A stretch of 64,000 bases of DNA from the NCBI GenBank assembly GCA_964016885.1, contig OZ024750.1:48174001-48238000 (forward strand), in the 5' to 3' direction. The stretch comes from Eledone cirrhosa (Eukaryota). The position numbers and the translations under genes are program-made. Position 1 is the first letter of the stretch. Each line of letters starts with the position of its first letter. The notes below the pieces were generated by a model. It saw only the letters and a program-made list of their open reading frames with translations. It made no database searches and had not been told where the DNA came from. Of the stretch, positions 1 through 14,901 are shown piece after piece.

Positions 1-822
1 TTTAATCTCGGCGGGATTTGAACTCAGTCCGTAAAGGGACGTAATAATATTCGAGTCGTTTGGAATAATGCAAGCAAACTCTTAAATCGTGTGAGTAGAA
101 CAACCTCGTCATTCTTTCTCCTGTTTTGCCATATAAGCAGAACGGCAGACATTAATGTTTCTGGGCGATTCCCCATCACCAGAGCCGTACACTGCGTACC
201 TGCCGACTGTCAGAGATAGTTAAAATATATGATATTTTCTGGAATATGTAGAGACTGGTCGCCTTGATTTGCATATTAGCAGACTGCCTGATCCGTCAGA
301 TCAGCATATTAGCATTTATTAACATATGTTTTTGAATTGCTGGACTTGTGTCTACAGAAGAAACCATTATATACCGTATTTGCAGTGACGACATCAATAA
401 CAATAACAAATGCAACGGGATGGCCGTCATAACGATCCAATGAAGCACAGGCATGGTAACAGTAACAACAATAACTACACCACCCACTGAATACATCACC
501 AACACCTGCTCTGTTGGCTTTTACATCTTCAGCCGAGAAAACAGGATTAGTATTGGTTTAGTCGCCATACGCCACTTCCTAACTAATATTGTCTGTGGGG
601 AATTTAGTTGTCAAAATTGATACGGCTAATAGCATTGTATTTACAAAAACTACCTCAACAGCGAAAAATACGTCAGCTAACTCAACAGCCAAAAATATAA
701 TGTTCCTGACACAAACATATTTGAGAGATAATAGAAAAACGAGATTATCGTTAACTGCAGTATATATATATATATATACGCGCACACACAAATACACACA
801 CACACACACACACCCACACACA

Positions 823-861
<39 letters not shown>

Positions 862-863
862 AG

Positions 864-897
<34 letters not shown>

Positions 898-904
898 TTA
901 AAAA

Positions 905-1215
905 AATAGAGGTGTGACACACGAATTGTGATATATTAGTAAAAAGTAATATAAAATGCTGACGAATTTTTGCCAGGGAAAAATAGTTTAATTAGGAATA
1001 AGTATAAATTAGTAATAAGTATTAGTTACTATTCAGTTTTAGTTTTAAGTTTTTTTACCGGTTGCGCATTTCCTATGCTTTTCAAAAATAATTTTGAGAT
1101 AGAGTGCTCGTGCGAGGGTCACACATTCCCCTATTATCCACTCAACTACCCTAAATATTGAGTACTTTGGTGCGCTATGGTCCATCAGGTTCCTTACCAC
1201 ACTTCCTTCGTTACG
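905..1215 (+). mobile_element. Degenerate fold-back insertion with family A tail and minus-strand HHR-like motif (1050-1086)
   Basis: 1129-1213 matches the family A tail; 1054-1086 resembles 61024-61056. Confidence 0.6.
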
Positions 1216-1469
1216 TATATATATTGTGTGTGTGTAGCCTCTGCACACCCTCTGCACCCTACTATCGACGCCACCCCATCTATGGTTCAGCTAACCACTC
1301 GACTCCCGGGAATGAATATGACCGCAGATAGTAAACAACGACCCACACCCCACCCTCCCGCACCAAAATTAGACTTATCGTCCCCTACTTTTGCTCTTTA
1401 CTCTCTTTACTCTTTGTTCTTGAATGTTTGGTTGGTAGAGTCCATAACACCAATCAAACCCCTTTTATA

Positions 1470-1514
1470 GCTCTGACGAATCCTACGATTACGTAAGGAA
1501 GAAACATTGTAAGC
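1470..1514 (+). ncRNA. Minimal type I hammerhead ribozyme at a PLE-like 3' end
   Basis: gct-CTGACGA-atcctacg..cgtaagga-GAAA-cattg-TA-agc followed by AATAAA and then (TA)n. Confidence 0.72.
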
Positions 1515-1556
1515 CAATAAAAATCTGTTGATGTTGTAGACGCTCTTGTGTTCTTT

Positions 1557-1598
<42 letters not shown>

Positions 1599-1603
<5 letters not shown>

Positions 1604-2170
1604 ATACTTGTGGAGGGTCATATTTGTGTAATAATATTGCCAGAATTAATAACAGTACACACTCATTGTTTGGTTGGTTTTCGCTTCTGTCTTTTATATC
1701 GGTTAATTTAATTTATTCGGTCCTCAATGTTGCCATTGACTGACCAACGGTCAAAAATACAGATACAATATAGACACAAACACATACATATATAGTCTAT
1801 CAAACTTTTTTCGTTTCACATCTGCAACCTCGCCAGTGGTGCTATTATGTTTCCTCCCGTTGCCTTGTATGCTTACGCCATCTTTATTTAGATGTTGCAG
1901 ATGTGCAACGAAAGAACTTTGGTAGACTATATATATGTGTTTGTGTCTATATTTTATCTGTTTTTTTTTACCGTTGGTCAGTCAATGGCAACATTGATGA
2001 CCGAATATATTAAATTAACCGATATTTAAAACGCAGAAGCGAAAACCAACCAAACAGTGAGTGTGTTCTGTTATTAATTCTGGGAATATTAGTACACAAA
2101 TATGACCCTCCCCAAGTATATAAATATGTTTTGACACACGATTTCATATCAAAAACGTCGCAAAACTAAT
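1599..2170 (+). mobile_element. Fold-back PLE-derived insertion, family K
   Basis: Arms ~1603-1830 / 1891-2121 plus tail; terminal sequence shared with 9834-10200; degenerate HHR-like core. Confidence 0.75.
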
Positions 2171-2178
2171 TCATCGCC

Positions 2179-2337
<159 letters not shown>

Positions 2338-2729
2338 ACATATACACAAACTAGACAACATCACAGATATGTATGTTTTGGCAACAATTCACGATGTGGT
2401 TCAATGATGAATTAATAAATGAAATAATCAGAGCTATTAATATACTGTATGCCCATAGAATCATTAATTTTAACTTTAATTTTATTCCTAATTGTTTATG
2501 GCTAACGGTATATTTAATCGATTTCCACGTGCTATTAAAATGTTGGGTAAATATTTCTATAGCGGTTGGTCGCCAATAGATTGCTGTCGTTTATTTATCT
2601 ACTATTTCTTCATAGGTGCCTAAAATCTTATAGCTTGGTTTAATTGATTTTACGTGTGGTTAATTATGCTAATTGGGAGAGGAATTGGTGTATATATCTT
2701 ATCAAATGATTCTATGGACATACTTTATA

Positions 2730-2778
<49 letters not shown>

Positions 2779-2781
<3 letters not shown>

Positions 2782-2969
2782 GAACCAGTAAGACCCCGAC
2801 GGCTGAGCTCAAGCAGTCTCGACGGCTAATTCAGTCCAGAATTAGCCGTCGAAACGGCTTGAGCTCAGCCGTCGGGGTCTTACTGGTTCATATTACCCAC
2901 TCTACTACCCTAAGTATTGAGTACTTTGGTGCGTTATGGTCCACCTGGTTCCTTACCACATTTCCTTCG

Positions 2970-2971
<2 letters not shown>
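2779..2971 (+). mobile_element. Minimal family A fold-back insertion (~55-bp arms + 80-bp tail)
   Basis: gaaccagtaagaccccgacggctgagctcaagc.. / ..gcttgagctcagccgtcggggtcttactggttc between TA tracts. Confidence 0.85.
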
Positions 2972-3057
<86 letters not shown>

Positions 3058-3059
<2 letters not shown>

Positions 3060-3910
3060 CTCAAAACGATCCCAAACTAGAGTGGCCGATTTAATCTGGG
3101 ACCTCAAGGACATGGACATCGAATTCCAGATCATATGGTCAGTCAAAAGACGCGTGGCCCAACTCCCCATTGACAGAAACCGCTGCAGTGTATGCCTGAC
3201 CGAGGCAGCTGAGATAATTAAATTAAAATCCGCCATAAACTATAGGTTGGGCATTATTATCAATTGCAGACACCAGGTTGAACACCTTCTCTGCACAAAC
3301 ATTCGGCTGGGGGCCGCACACTAAACATGACCACACATAACAATAACGACCTTTGCCGTGTCTCACCGTCCTTCATCGCAGTACATTTGTATAACATGTA
3401 ACCATTTGTAAGTCTAAATTGTGTATATATCATGCCGCAGACTAAGTGTGTCTAGGCATCTCATTATATTTGACACCACCAAACCATCCACCACACCAAC
3501 ATAAACACCATTACCATAAACAACAACACCACACTCACACACACAATAATCAACCACAAATATACTCCAGTCTGTCTACCGACAATCCGCAATCCCACAC
3601 CACAGCCCTTCTCAGCCTTTGAGCGCCACCACCATTTTACCATCATATCCACCCCTCCAAACTCTACACGAGAAAACATCCCTATGATCTATTCCACCAA
3701 TCAAAACAATCCTTATTGTCCAACATATGAACTTCTGACTTTATCATATGGCATATATTCATTTTCCACTAGCATTTTAAGGGGTCCGTCAAGCTGGGGA
3801 TTACAGAGCCGGGTAAGATCGATAAAGATCGAACCTTGAGCTGATCAGTGGCGAAACGCGTGTCACCAACCAATAAATGTAATGAAGAAGTATCCAATCG
3901 TCCCTGTTAT

Positions 3911-3915
<5 letters not shown>
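3058..3915 (+). mobile_element. Hydra-type PLE 3' fragment (EN C-terminus + 3' region)
   Basis: LIWDLK..IIWSV..CSVCLTE..INYR..NCRH at 3058-3324; GAAACGCG..AATAAA near 3853-3877; starts at (TA)n. Confidence 0.75.
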
Positions 3916-3994
<79 letters not shown>

Positions 3995-4810
3995 CCTCTC
4001 CCTCTCTCACTCTCCCTCTCCCTATATATATATATATATATATATATGGAAGTGGTTACACAATAGTTATTTCACCGTACCGAGAACAATTGTTTCAACT
4101 TAGCGGATCCTCAGCTCGTAATGGACATGGTTATACGGAACAAGAAGGACAACGTACGAACGCGCATGAGCAGAAACGATCACTTCACACAGTCAATACT
4201 AAATTGCGTGCGAGAGATTTAAGAGAGATAACTGCGAAAGTCCGAAAGTTTCTAGTTGATAAAAAAATTAGAATGCTGTTGTAATTCAATCCGGAGCTTT
4301 GTAGTTATGTAAGAGGTGTTTCCAGACTTGTGGACAACGTGTGAATAATTCATTTCTCGGGTTTAGACAATCACTATTGCGTAATCTATTTAGAATAGAG
4401 CAAATACAATATACTAAACAATGGAAAGATGGACAGACCCACCCCCCTCACTCAGCCTCAATAAATTATGAGGGTTTCGGATCATAAAGGGGATACCATT
4501 CAATCCAGTGTTAGGGATATTACAAACATGTAGAGAAAAAGTTGCTTACCTTTCTACATTTTTTTCAATTTTGCTAAGATATCGCAAACCATTATTTCTC
4601 GGTTGACGTACTTCACCTGCTTTTTTCTTATATAATTGTGTAATTTGCTTAAATGCACATTGTATCTCCACCTGTCTTGTTATGTCCAAATATATCCTAA
4701 ATGAATGGTGTCGACCTTAAAACATCGAAACCGTGGTGGTTTTCAGAAGTTCATTAAGGAGATGCGACTGTCTGTCTCACGATTGTTTTCTCCATTGTCT
4801 GTCCTCTATC

Positions 4811-5135
4811 TATAATACAGATATATTTAATTAAATAATAAACAATGCAATGTAATTATTCATTCGCAAATATTTCAAGAAACTAGTCGAACCTTACAGA
4901 AATGACCGGTACTTTCATCAGAGGAAATACTTTATGTTTTTGGATATAAGTTTTTGAAATTGATATCTATAAAAAAATTAGATATCAATTTCAAAACTTA
5001 TATCCAACAGCTACCCATTTCATCTGATAAATGAGCTAGACGTTTCTCTAAAGATCGTTTAGTGTATTGAAATCTTTCGTAATGGAATAATTATATTTTG
5101 TTGTTTATTATGTAATTAAATATATTTGTACTATA
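4811..5135. repeat. Old degenerate fold-back element
   Basis: tggatataagtttttgaaattgatatcta / tagatatcaatttcaaaacttatatcca core with diverged outer arms. Confidence 0.6.
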
Positions 5136-5204
5136 CATACAGCACTCATCTTTGTTTTACATTTTCTACGGAAATACTTACCCCCCCTCAAATATATATA
5201 TATA

Positions 5205-6420
5205 TCATCATCATTAACCGGCGGTCTCAGCCGAAATCGATTCAACAATTGATCTCTACGTAGGTCTGTCGTTCATTGCCGTTGCCAAGTCCTGGATTTC
5301 AATACCATAATCTTTGGAGATGACATCTGGGTGGGGGAGATCTGGTGTCATTTGTTATTAGTGACTGCTTGTGGTTTCCAAAGTACTAATGGGGACACAG
5401 ACTCATAGGAGGCACGATGGCAGTGGACAGCATATAATTCTTTCAAAGTCAGATGTCGCCAGCTTAAGTTATGAATGTGTAGAAGTAGCCGCGTGTAGTT
5501 GCCATCATGATGCTTTGTTGTTAGGATAAAAGCGTCCATGTTTCACTTCCATATAGAAAGATTGGTTGATTTGTTACTTGGAAGCGTCTAATTCTTGCGT
5601 GGTTGGAAATATTTCAGCGCTAAACTCGATCTATCATGTTTCAATCGGATCATGCTTGGGCCTTTCTGGTGGTAAAATCCTCGCCAGAGTCCATGATCCA
5701 GGACCCAAGATACTTAAAATCCTCGACTTGCTTAGTATCACGGCCGTTGATTACTTTGATGTTGTTGCCTGTACAGTCTGATATGTACTCTGTTTTACCT
5801 TCGTTGAGATGAAGGACAACGAGGGTGGCTGCTTCCAGGAAGATGTCAAACGTTGTTGCGCATTTTCTAAGCGATCTGCAAGAAGTGCAATGTCATCCAC
5901 AAAGTCATGGTCAGTGATATGTTTACAGGGGAGCCTAGAGCTCATGCGCGATTTGATGGTTATATTTTGTTATTGTTTCTTTCAATTGAGAGTCTCAGGG
6001 CGTAGTGTAGTCCAATGATGAAGTGGGATGGGGCAAGATTGTCACCCTGCAGAACTCCTGCTGAGATGTCATAGATCATGTTGGGCCATCAGGTGTAATA
6101 ATAGTGGCACACGTGTTAAGATACAGAGTCTTAATTTCTTCCATATGTTTTGCTGGGAGGCCATACAAGGGTAAGAACTCAAACAAGATATCCCCAAATA
6201 TTAGAGCCATTTCTCTGTTGGATTTTCATATTTCTTCCACAACTTTTCCAAAGGCCAAAATATGTGCAAGTGTAGATCTACCGCGACTAAAACCGTCTTG
6301 GTTGTTGCGAAGGATTGGATCAACATACGAAACTATACGGTTGAGGATTAGCCTGTAGATCTTGGCAGCAATGAGGATAGGTGATATCACATTTTGGTTA
6401 ACAGTAACTATGCCTGCTTT
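5205..6420 (-). pseudogene. RTE-like LINE RT and 3' end fragment
   Basis: ILNRI..DPILRNNQDGF..GRST, GVLQGDNLAP, ITDHDFVDDIALL; (TGA)n tail abutting the TA tract. Confidence 0.78.
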
Positions 6421-6829
6421 TAGAAAACTTGCTGGAGGAGTTGAGTTACTTCAAGTGTGGTTGCAGATTGATAGTAGGACTAAAGTAATATATGGGCCTT
6501 TCCAGATAATAAGCTGGCGACATCTGACTTTGCAGGAAATATATGCCAGCCTCCCACACATATCTGTCGTTGTACGCAATATATATATATATATATATAT
6601 GCCCAAAATACATTCGTTGTTCACAGAAGGGCATTTGCCCCGTGCAAAGACTTTCTTCATTTAAAAGAAGCTTCAAGAACAGGCATCGCTTGATATCTGA
6701 TATTTGTTTGCGGTGCATATTATTGGTGGCCATAGGGAAGTCCCTAGAAGGACAACAAAGCCACGTCTCTAATGCTCATACTTCAGTATCGAGCGATGGC
6801 ATTACTCGAAATTGAGTTGGTGCCATCAT

Positions 6830-6904
<75 letters not shown>

Positions 6905-6906
<2 letters not shown>

Positions 6907-7978
6907 TGTCGTTGCAGGTCTCTGCGATCCGTAATTGAAATTGTCCCTGCCCATAATTTCCTTACTATTGCAGGCAACTTCAACGCAGACTTGGCCTTGG
7001 CGATGTAAAATTCACCTTCAACACCGAATCAACCCGAAATCGTGAAATGCTTCTCAGATTCCTCGATGAATTTGAAACCTTCTGGTCTACAAATAGCTTC
7101 ATGAAAAAGCAATCCAAGCTCTGGTCAGTCACCTACACTAACGATAGAAGAGCTCAATGGGATTATATCCTAGTTCGGAAAAAATGGCGAAGCAGTTTAC
7201 GCGACCCTGAAACCTATTCCTCCTTCTCCAGCGTGGGATCTTATCACAGGATTATCACTTCCAAATTTACTCTTAGCCTTAGCGCACCTAAACCTATGAA
7301 ACAAATTGACTGGATGTTAGTGTCACCAAATAAGGAGGTCTCCAGTTGGTATCCAACTAGTGTCTACAATAGGTTATCTGTACTATGCTGAACTGTTGAT
7401 TCCATTGAGACTAAATACTCGAAGCTAATTGTTGCGAATGAGGAAGCTGGTCGTTCCAAGCTAACCCAAAAAATCAAAAGGAAGCTCACGAAATTTCGCT
7501 CAAATATCTTAGTATCAAAGCGCGCAGAAAATTGGAAAGTATTTTTCTCAGTACAACTAAAATCCAAATAGTTTACTGAAAACCGAAATGATCCAATGGA
7601 AAAAAGACCTTGATGAGACGCACACAACTGCTCTTGCAGAGTATGTAGAAAGAAGAATAAATAAACTTAAGACCCTTCATGTAAACAAACAGCAAGGAGC
7701 CGCGTGGGCTCTAGTCAACAAAATAACTGGCAAAAAAGAGAAGCTCTCACCCATCATCAAAAGAGGCTCTCAAGGAGGTAGAAAAAAGAGCTGAACTGAC
7801 CACTTCAAGGGTTTAATAGGCAAACCATCCCTTTAGAAAACGATCTCCCAAAGTATGTGGTATTACCTGAACACGACATGTCTACTGGATTTTTCACCTT
7901 GAGTGAGATCAATCAGGTGATCAAAACACTTGAAGACAACAAATCACCCCGTCTCGACAACATAACTGGTATAATTTG

Positions 7979-7980
<2 letters not shown>
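6905..7980 (+). pseudogene. RTE-like LINE apurinic endonuclease/linker fragment
   Basis: IAGNFNA, TNSFMKK..LW..DYILVRKKWR, SSVGSYHRII, FTLSEI..IKTL..KSPRLDNI. Confidence 0.78.
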
Positions 7981-8060
<80 letters not shown>

Positions 8061-8974
8061 TAATAGAGTGAGAGAGAGAGAGATGGAGAGAGAGAGCGAG
8101 TAAGAGAGAGAGAGTCTGCGCTGCTAGAACACTAACTATGAGAGTACTCGATACATCAGGAGTTTTAGAGTGGGTATAGAGATATGTAAAATCCAGACCG
8201 CGGTGTCATGTGTTTGTCTCCCAGAATCTCAAAGAAAGAATTTACAGAAAAGATCATATCATTTAATTATTACAAAATAGTGAATGATATACACACATAT
8301 ATTAATATCTAATGATATAAATCTACATATATATGACGTGATTAATCTCAAACGTCATATCCATAACGTTGAAGGGATATGACGTTTGAGCTCTTTATGT
8401 TCCTACCGGTTTGAGCTGTTAATATGTTGAGAGGTAAGAGTACTACTTCGAGTTGCCCTCAACCCATTCATATCACTGCAGACGCTGACCTCCTGCGTTG
8501 GTTTTTTTAAAAAATACCGTATGCTTCTCTTTTCGTTTTCAGTTCTCTATGTTAGCGGGTGTAAGTTCAGATAGATCGAATACCTCACTGAAGATCCGAA
8601 TCGATTATCTTACTGCACCGATATTTAGTGGAATGTAGTCATAATTTCTGAAGGATACATGAGGGAAATACATATGATTTTTATCAGGTATCAGTATCTT
8701 AAATTTTTGTTAAAGTTCAATATGATACTGTAAGGAAATATGTATTCTTACATTCTATACGTGGTCTCTTGTTAAAGTTTAATATGTCCTACTGTACATT
8801 TATATCATTAAATATTTGTCTATGTATATATGTCATTCACTATTTTATAATGATTAAATGCTCAGATTTATTGTTTGAATTTTTTTCTGTGAGCTTATTT
8901 TATGAGACAAGACCCATGTTCGAGATTATCTCAAACATGTCATTTATGAGTTTTAATGTAATATATTATATATC

Positions 8975-9511
8975 ATAGAAGCAGTGGTACCAGGCGTTGC
9001 ACGGGATAAGGTATTTTGGAACGTGGGCCGCCAACAGACATAATCGTGGAAAAACTGCATGCCTGGTCATATGTAAAGAAAATAAACCGAATACTCCGAT
9101 GACTGGATAATCTTTAAGATTTTCCTCGATGAAGCAGGAAAAATGCAGTTTTTCACAGAATGCTGCTGGCCCTAGGGGATCAAGAAAATGAATTTTTTTA
9201 TGTCCATGATATGCCTTGAAATTTCGGTAGAGGTAACGCCTCAAAAAAGCCCTAAAAAGATGAAACCTTGTTCACCTAGAGCGGCACAGGCCATAACAAA
9301 TTTGGATTGTATTTGCCCACGGGATGAAGCAGAGACTGACTAATAGATAGATGCAATTTCAAAGAAATCTCTGAATTAACACCTAAAAAAAAAACCTAAA
9401 AATCTGAAAAAACGCAGTTTTTACCTAATGCGGGCCCTAGGAACACTAGTAATACACATGTAGAGTTTGAAAAAATTCGGTTCGGTACTTCTCAAGTTTA
9501 GGAGATTCAAA

Positions 9512-9552
<41 letters not shown>

Positions 9553-9600
9553 GCGCGCACACGCACACACACACAAACATCATCAGTTTTATATATCTCT
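8975..9600 (+). mobile_element. Non-autonomous Helitron/Helentron-like (Lep1/HINE-type) element
   Basis: 5' taga..gtaccaggcgttgcacggg; 3' aaaattcggttcggta + (CA)n + ttttatata; same architecture as 56616-57585. Confidence 0.55.
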
Positions 9601-9833
9601 ATATATACATTATATGTATCTATATACATGGACAAAATACATGCACATACATATACATGAAGTAATAAGAATAAATAAATAAATGAATAAGTACAAAAAA
9701 TGTAAAGTCAAAAATAAAAAATAAAAACAGAGGATACGTGTTGATAACGATAAGTTGGAGGAGGGGGAAATTAAAAACAATTAAAATTAACAAATACACG
9801 AGGTGTGCATATATAAATATATATATATATATA

Positions 9834-10200
9834 TATTGTTATACTTTGGGAGGGTCATGTTGCAGACTGAGCACACAACACACACACCGAAACAAAATGG
9901 CGTAGGACAGAAGAAAGGAGAGGCACAAAAACAAAGAAAAGAACCCCCAGTCACTGAAGAGGTCACAGAATGTGTGACGAAAGAACGTTGACAATATATA
10001 AACAACTATCTGGTTGTGGAACCAACCAACCAACCAGAAATTTATAAATTCCTAAATTTATAAATTTATTATAATAAATTGAAGTGAAAGTCACTGGTGC
10101 GTGTGTTTCTTATTGGCAACATGAACCTCCCAAAGTATAACAATATCGGTTTCAACACACGATTTCAGATAAAAAATCTTGCTAAACAAATTCAGAAACG
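9834..10200 (+). mobile_element. Family K insertion with short inverted arm, HHR-like motif (9950-9992) and tail
   Basis: ttgttatactttgggagggtcatgttgc vs gcaacatgaacctcccaaagtataacaa; CTGAAGA-gtcaca/tgtgac-GAAA. Confidence 0.7.
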
Positions 10201-10576
10201 ATATATATATATATATATATACATACACAAAAATATAAAAATATAAAATATAAAATAAACATACGTACACATCCACATACGCATACACACGCCTGCAAAA
10301 ATACATATGCGCATACACCCAAACGCATATACACATGAATATAAAAACATGCGTACAACCAAATATACTAACATACACATAAACCCTACAAAAAGGGCAT
10401 TGATACACGCCCTACGTACAAACGTATACACATGCGTGCACGCACTCACATGTAATGAGAAATCAACACACGCATATAAAACCATACGTAAGACTATATG
10501 GGCAAAAACAAAAGGCGTCGAAACGACTTGAGCTCAGCCGTCGGGGTCCTACACGTTCCTATATATATATATATGT

Positions 10577-12041
10577 ATGAATTTTAGAAATTCTACAAAC
10601 ACTTTTGTTCTTTCTGATAAAACTAAAAATCTCTTTGAAGTTAATAGTACTTTGTATAACCAACTTTTAACTAATAGTATTACCAATAAATATCAATTAA
10701 CTAATAATAATACCTACACTACTATCAATAAAGAAGCTTAAGAACTAGCTAGTTCTTTACAAATAGACAACCGGATTGAAAGCCTAGCTAAGTGTAAATA
10801 ATATATTACCGTTAAAGACCATAAATTGGACTTTACTAATCGACCTAGTTGTAGACTGATTAACCCGGCTAAATCCGAGGTTGGCCTTGCAAGTAAGAAA
10901 AGCTAAGGAAAAATAATTCTCCAAATTAGAACTAACACTGACCTATCACAGTGGCTAAATACTTCCTCTGTTATTTCTTGGTTTAATAATATACAAGGTA
11001 AAAATAAGTGTAGATTTACCCAATTTGATATTGTCGATTTTTACCCATCTATTCTTGTTTCCTTATTAACTAATGCCTTAGATTTTGCAAGACCCTTCAT
11101 TAATATTTCTGAATTAGAAGAAGACATTATCTTTCATGCTAGAACAACTTTACTCTTTACTAATGATAATATTTGGGTTAAAAAGTCACACCCTGAAAAC
11201 TCTTTTGATGTTGCAATGGGTTCATATGACAGTGCGGATGTGTGTGACTTAGTAGGATTATTCCTTCTCCACACCCTCAAAGAGAAATTTCCGTCCCATA
11301 ATATCGGTTTATACCGTGATGACGGATTAGCATTGTTACTTCGTAGTAGTTTCTTTAGTATTTTGGCCCCCTACTTGTTGACCTGTCACTGTAAGATAGA
11401 TATGGCCGATTACTACTAACTCATAAAATTATTTCACTACAATCTCGTATTTAGTATTCCGTCCCACCTATTAAACTTTTCTATAGTTTAGCAGTACCAG
11501 TGAGAGACTTGATGGTTGTGGTAGGGGAATAGTAACCAGAAATTGTTTTTTTTTATAATATTTTTAACATTCTTATTATTCTTCTATATATTTACTCCAT
11601 ATTGATTTACTTATTGTTTCGACTTCCTCCCCCTCCCCTTCCCTAGTATACTTCTATTGACCTCTTATCCTTGGGATCCTGCTGTAGTTGGCACTATCAA
11701 CGCACGACTGGGTTTCCTCCAGTCCCTCTCCCTCTTTCTTCTACTGGCAAGTTCAGCTACCCCTTCCTTCCATTAAATGCCATAATAGAATTATGTGTCT
11801 CAACAACAAACTTTTGACCAATCCTTGTGACAATCACTTTTACCATATACGGAATTACCCCCTGAGATGCTCGGCTATTCATGTACCGAGATAAAAATGT
11901 TCATTTATCCAGAATTCACCGTCGAAACAGATTGAGCTCAGCCTTCGGGTCCTACTCGTTCCTATTACCCACTCTACTGTCCTAAGTATTGAACAATTTG
12001 GTGCGTTATGGTCCATCTGGTTCCTTACCACATTTCCTTCG

Positions 12042-12043
<2 letters not shown>
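10577..12043 (+). mobile_element. Internally deleted Hydra-clade PLE: RT fragment 10580-11340 plus family-A pLTR/tail
   Basis: [71 protein letters not shown]; 3' part matches 48050-48577; ends in (TA)n. Confidence 0.88.
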
Positions 12044-12077
<34 letters not shown>

Positions 12078-12299
12078 GCGTGTGTATACATGTATATATG
12101 TGTGTATGTGTTTGTATGTATATATGTATGTGTGTGACTTTATTTATGTTTATATTATACAAAATTATATATATATATATATATATATACAAATACATAT
12201 ACAATGATATATATATATATGCATACACATATATATATACATATATATCCATATGTAAACACATACATATACACACACATACATACGTACACATACATA

Positions 12300-13400
12300 C
12301 ATGCTGTTCTTTTTTCGCTGTTTAAAAGAAGCGACATGTGCATAATACCTGCTTTGAATCTGTCCTGAGTCATGCCAACATGTTGTTCACTCCTGGCTGG
12401 CTGGTTATTAATTATCGGTGTCAATTTGGCCTCAAACACAGTGGATTTAATATTACATTTAGCCTGTAATGGACATTCTTCCGGATTCCTGCAACTGCAT
12501 CCTGGATGTACCCTCGTTCGATTAGAATTGGTAATTTTAGTCTTCATTCATTGACAGCAAGAGTAAATTATTTTGACTACATTTCTATTGAATATCTTAT
12601 ATCTATGATTAGGGGAAAGGTGTTTGTCTAGCAGGTCGAGGAATGTCCTTCCTACATTAGTTTTTACAAATAATAAGGATTCAGCGATAGAGGGGTAAAA
12701 ATCAACAATATCAAATTGGGTAAATCTACACTTAATTTGTCCTTGTTAAACCAAGAAATAACAGAGGTTGTATTTAATCATAGTGATAAGTCAGTCTTAG
12801 TTCTTATTTGGAGTATTATTTTTCTTAAGATTTTTTTTACTTGGAAGGCCAACTTCAGATTTAGCAGTGTTAATAAATCTACAGCTACGTAGATTAGTAA
12901 TGTCTGATTTATGGTCTTTAAGTGTAATATATCTTTACGTTTAGCTAGGCTTTCAATCCGGTTATCTATTTTTAAAATACTAGCTAGGTCTTTGGCTTCA
13001 TTATTAATGGTATTGTAGGTATTAATGTTAGCTATTTGATATTTGGTGGTAATGCTATCTGTTAAAAGTTGGTTATACAAAATATTATTTACTTCAAAAA
13101 GATTTTTAGTGTTATCGGAAAAGACAAAAGTATTTGTAGAGTGTTTAAAGTTAGAAATATCGTTAGATAGTTTAGATTCAATGCTATTGTTGTACTTACG
13201 ATATCTGATTTCACTAAATAAGTTAACTAGGTTTAATTCGAAGTCGGCCATGTCTTTAATTCTAGGTGGGTATTTGCTGTCAACATAGTCATTGGTATCA
13301 GTACTGAAGTATCCATTGTAAACTATTGCAATCCATCTCATTCTTTTAAATAGTTGTTCAATGTTATCAATAAGCAGTTTGGTATAGGTTATCTCATGTT
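12300..13400 (-). pseudogene. Hydra-clade PLE ORF remnant (N-terminus/RT start fused by deletion to linker/EN start)
   Basis: YTKLLIDNIEQLFKRMRW, SDNTKNLFEVN, QFDIVDFYPSI then jumps to KTNVGRTFL..; CSCRNPEECPL (CxCx5C), HVGMTQDRFK. Confidence 0.88.
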
Positions 13401-13478
13401 GTGTATTACATAACTAATAAGATCTGTAGCCTACATAGAGCACTCTTTTTTCCTGTACTTTTCCGACTAAATTAACTC

Positions 13479-14166
<688 letters not shown>

Positions 14167-14901
14167 AATGAATAATAATAGGTAGACATCATAAAAAGGT
14201 AATTTATTCCGTGTGCTCACAAATGTTTCCACGGTGGTACTACAGCCTAGTTATGCTATGTGCAAATGTACAACTATTTGCAGAACTCAAATATCCAATG
14301 CTGTGACCACTGTATCCTCAGAGCAGACTGGTTTAAATGTACAATGTAAATACCCTTAAGTGGGGTTGTTGGAGAAGCTAGATTAGAAAAGGAAGAGAGA
14401 AAAGAAGGGGAGAGAGAGAAAGATATGCTGGGGTTGGAGAGATAGGAGAGTGTGGTTTGTAGATATCTTAATTAACATGTTATGGTAGGGGTTTTATTAT
14501 ACTGGTTACTTATGAAGAGATGCGTTGATAGTTAAGGTCAGAATTATTTATTGCCCCAGAGGGCAGGTTCATAGATGTGGAGTGGGAGGTAGGCCAAAGT
14601 CGAGAGAGAGAGAGTTTAATGGATGTAGATAGAGACATAGAGAGGGGACAGACGCAGTCTATGTGGTGAGTGAACTCTGGGTTCGTAGTAGTAATCTGAG
14701 AATTGCACTGAGTTACCATTTATAGTGATAAGCAGTGTATTGTCTTGTAGTGTGGGGGAAGAGAAGGTGGTTAGCTAGAAAGCGATGTTATTGTTACGGG
14801 TTCGAATGTTAAGTTAATTTATAGTGAGAGAATTTAACTTTTAGTTTGTGGTTGCAGTATAATGATCGTTCGATTCTATCGTTAAGTAGTTTGTTTTTGG
14901 A

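Noticed and set aside
296-760. Thr-rich short ORFs near the window start
   Set aside because: Stops in all frames, low complexity, no motif
2779-2971. CRISPR-like or MITE interpretation of the short palindromes
   Set aside because: No regular repeat-spacer array; arm length varies between copies and they match PLE pLTR ends with a one-sided tail, unlike fixed TIRs
3838-3866. HHR at the end of the 3058 PLE fragment
   Set aside because: CTGATCA core deviates and stems I/II could not be paired convincingly
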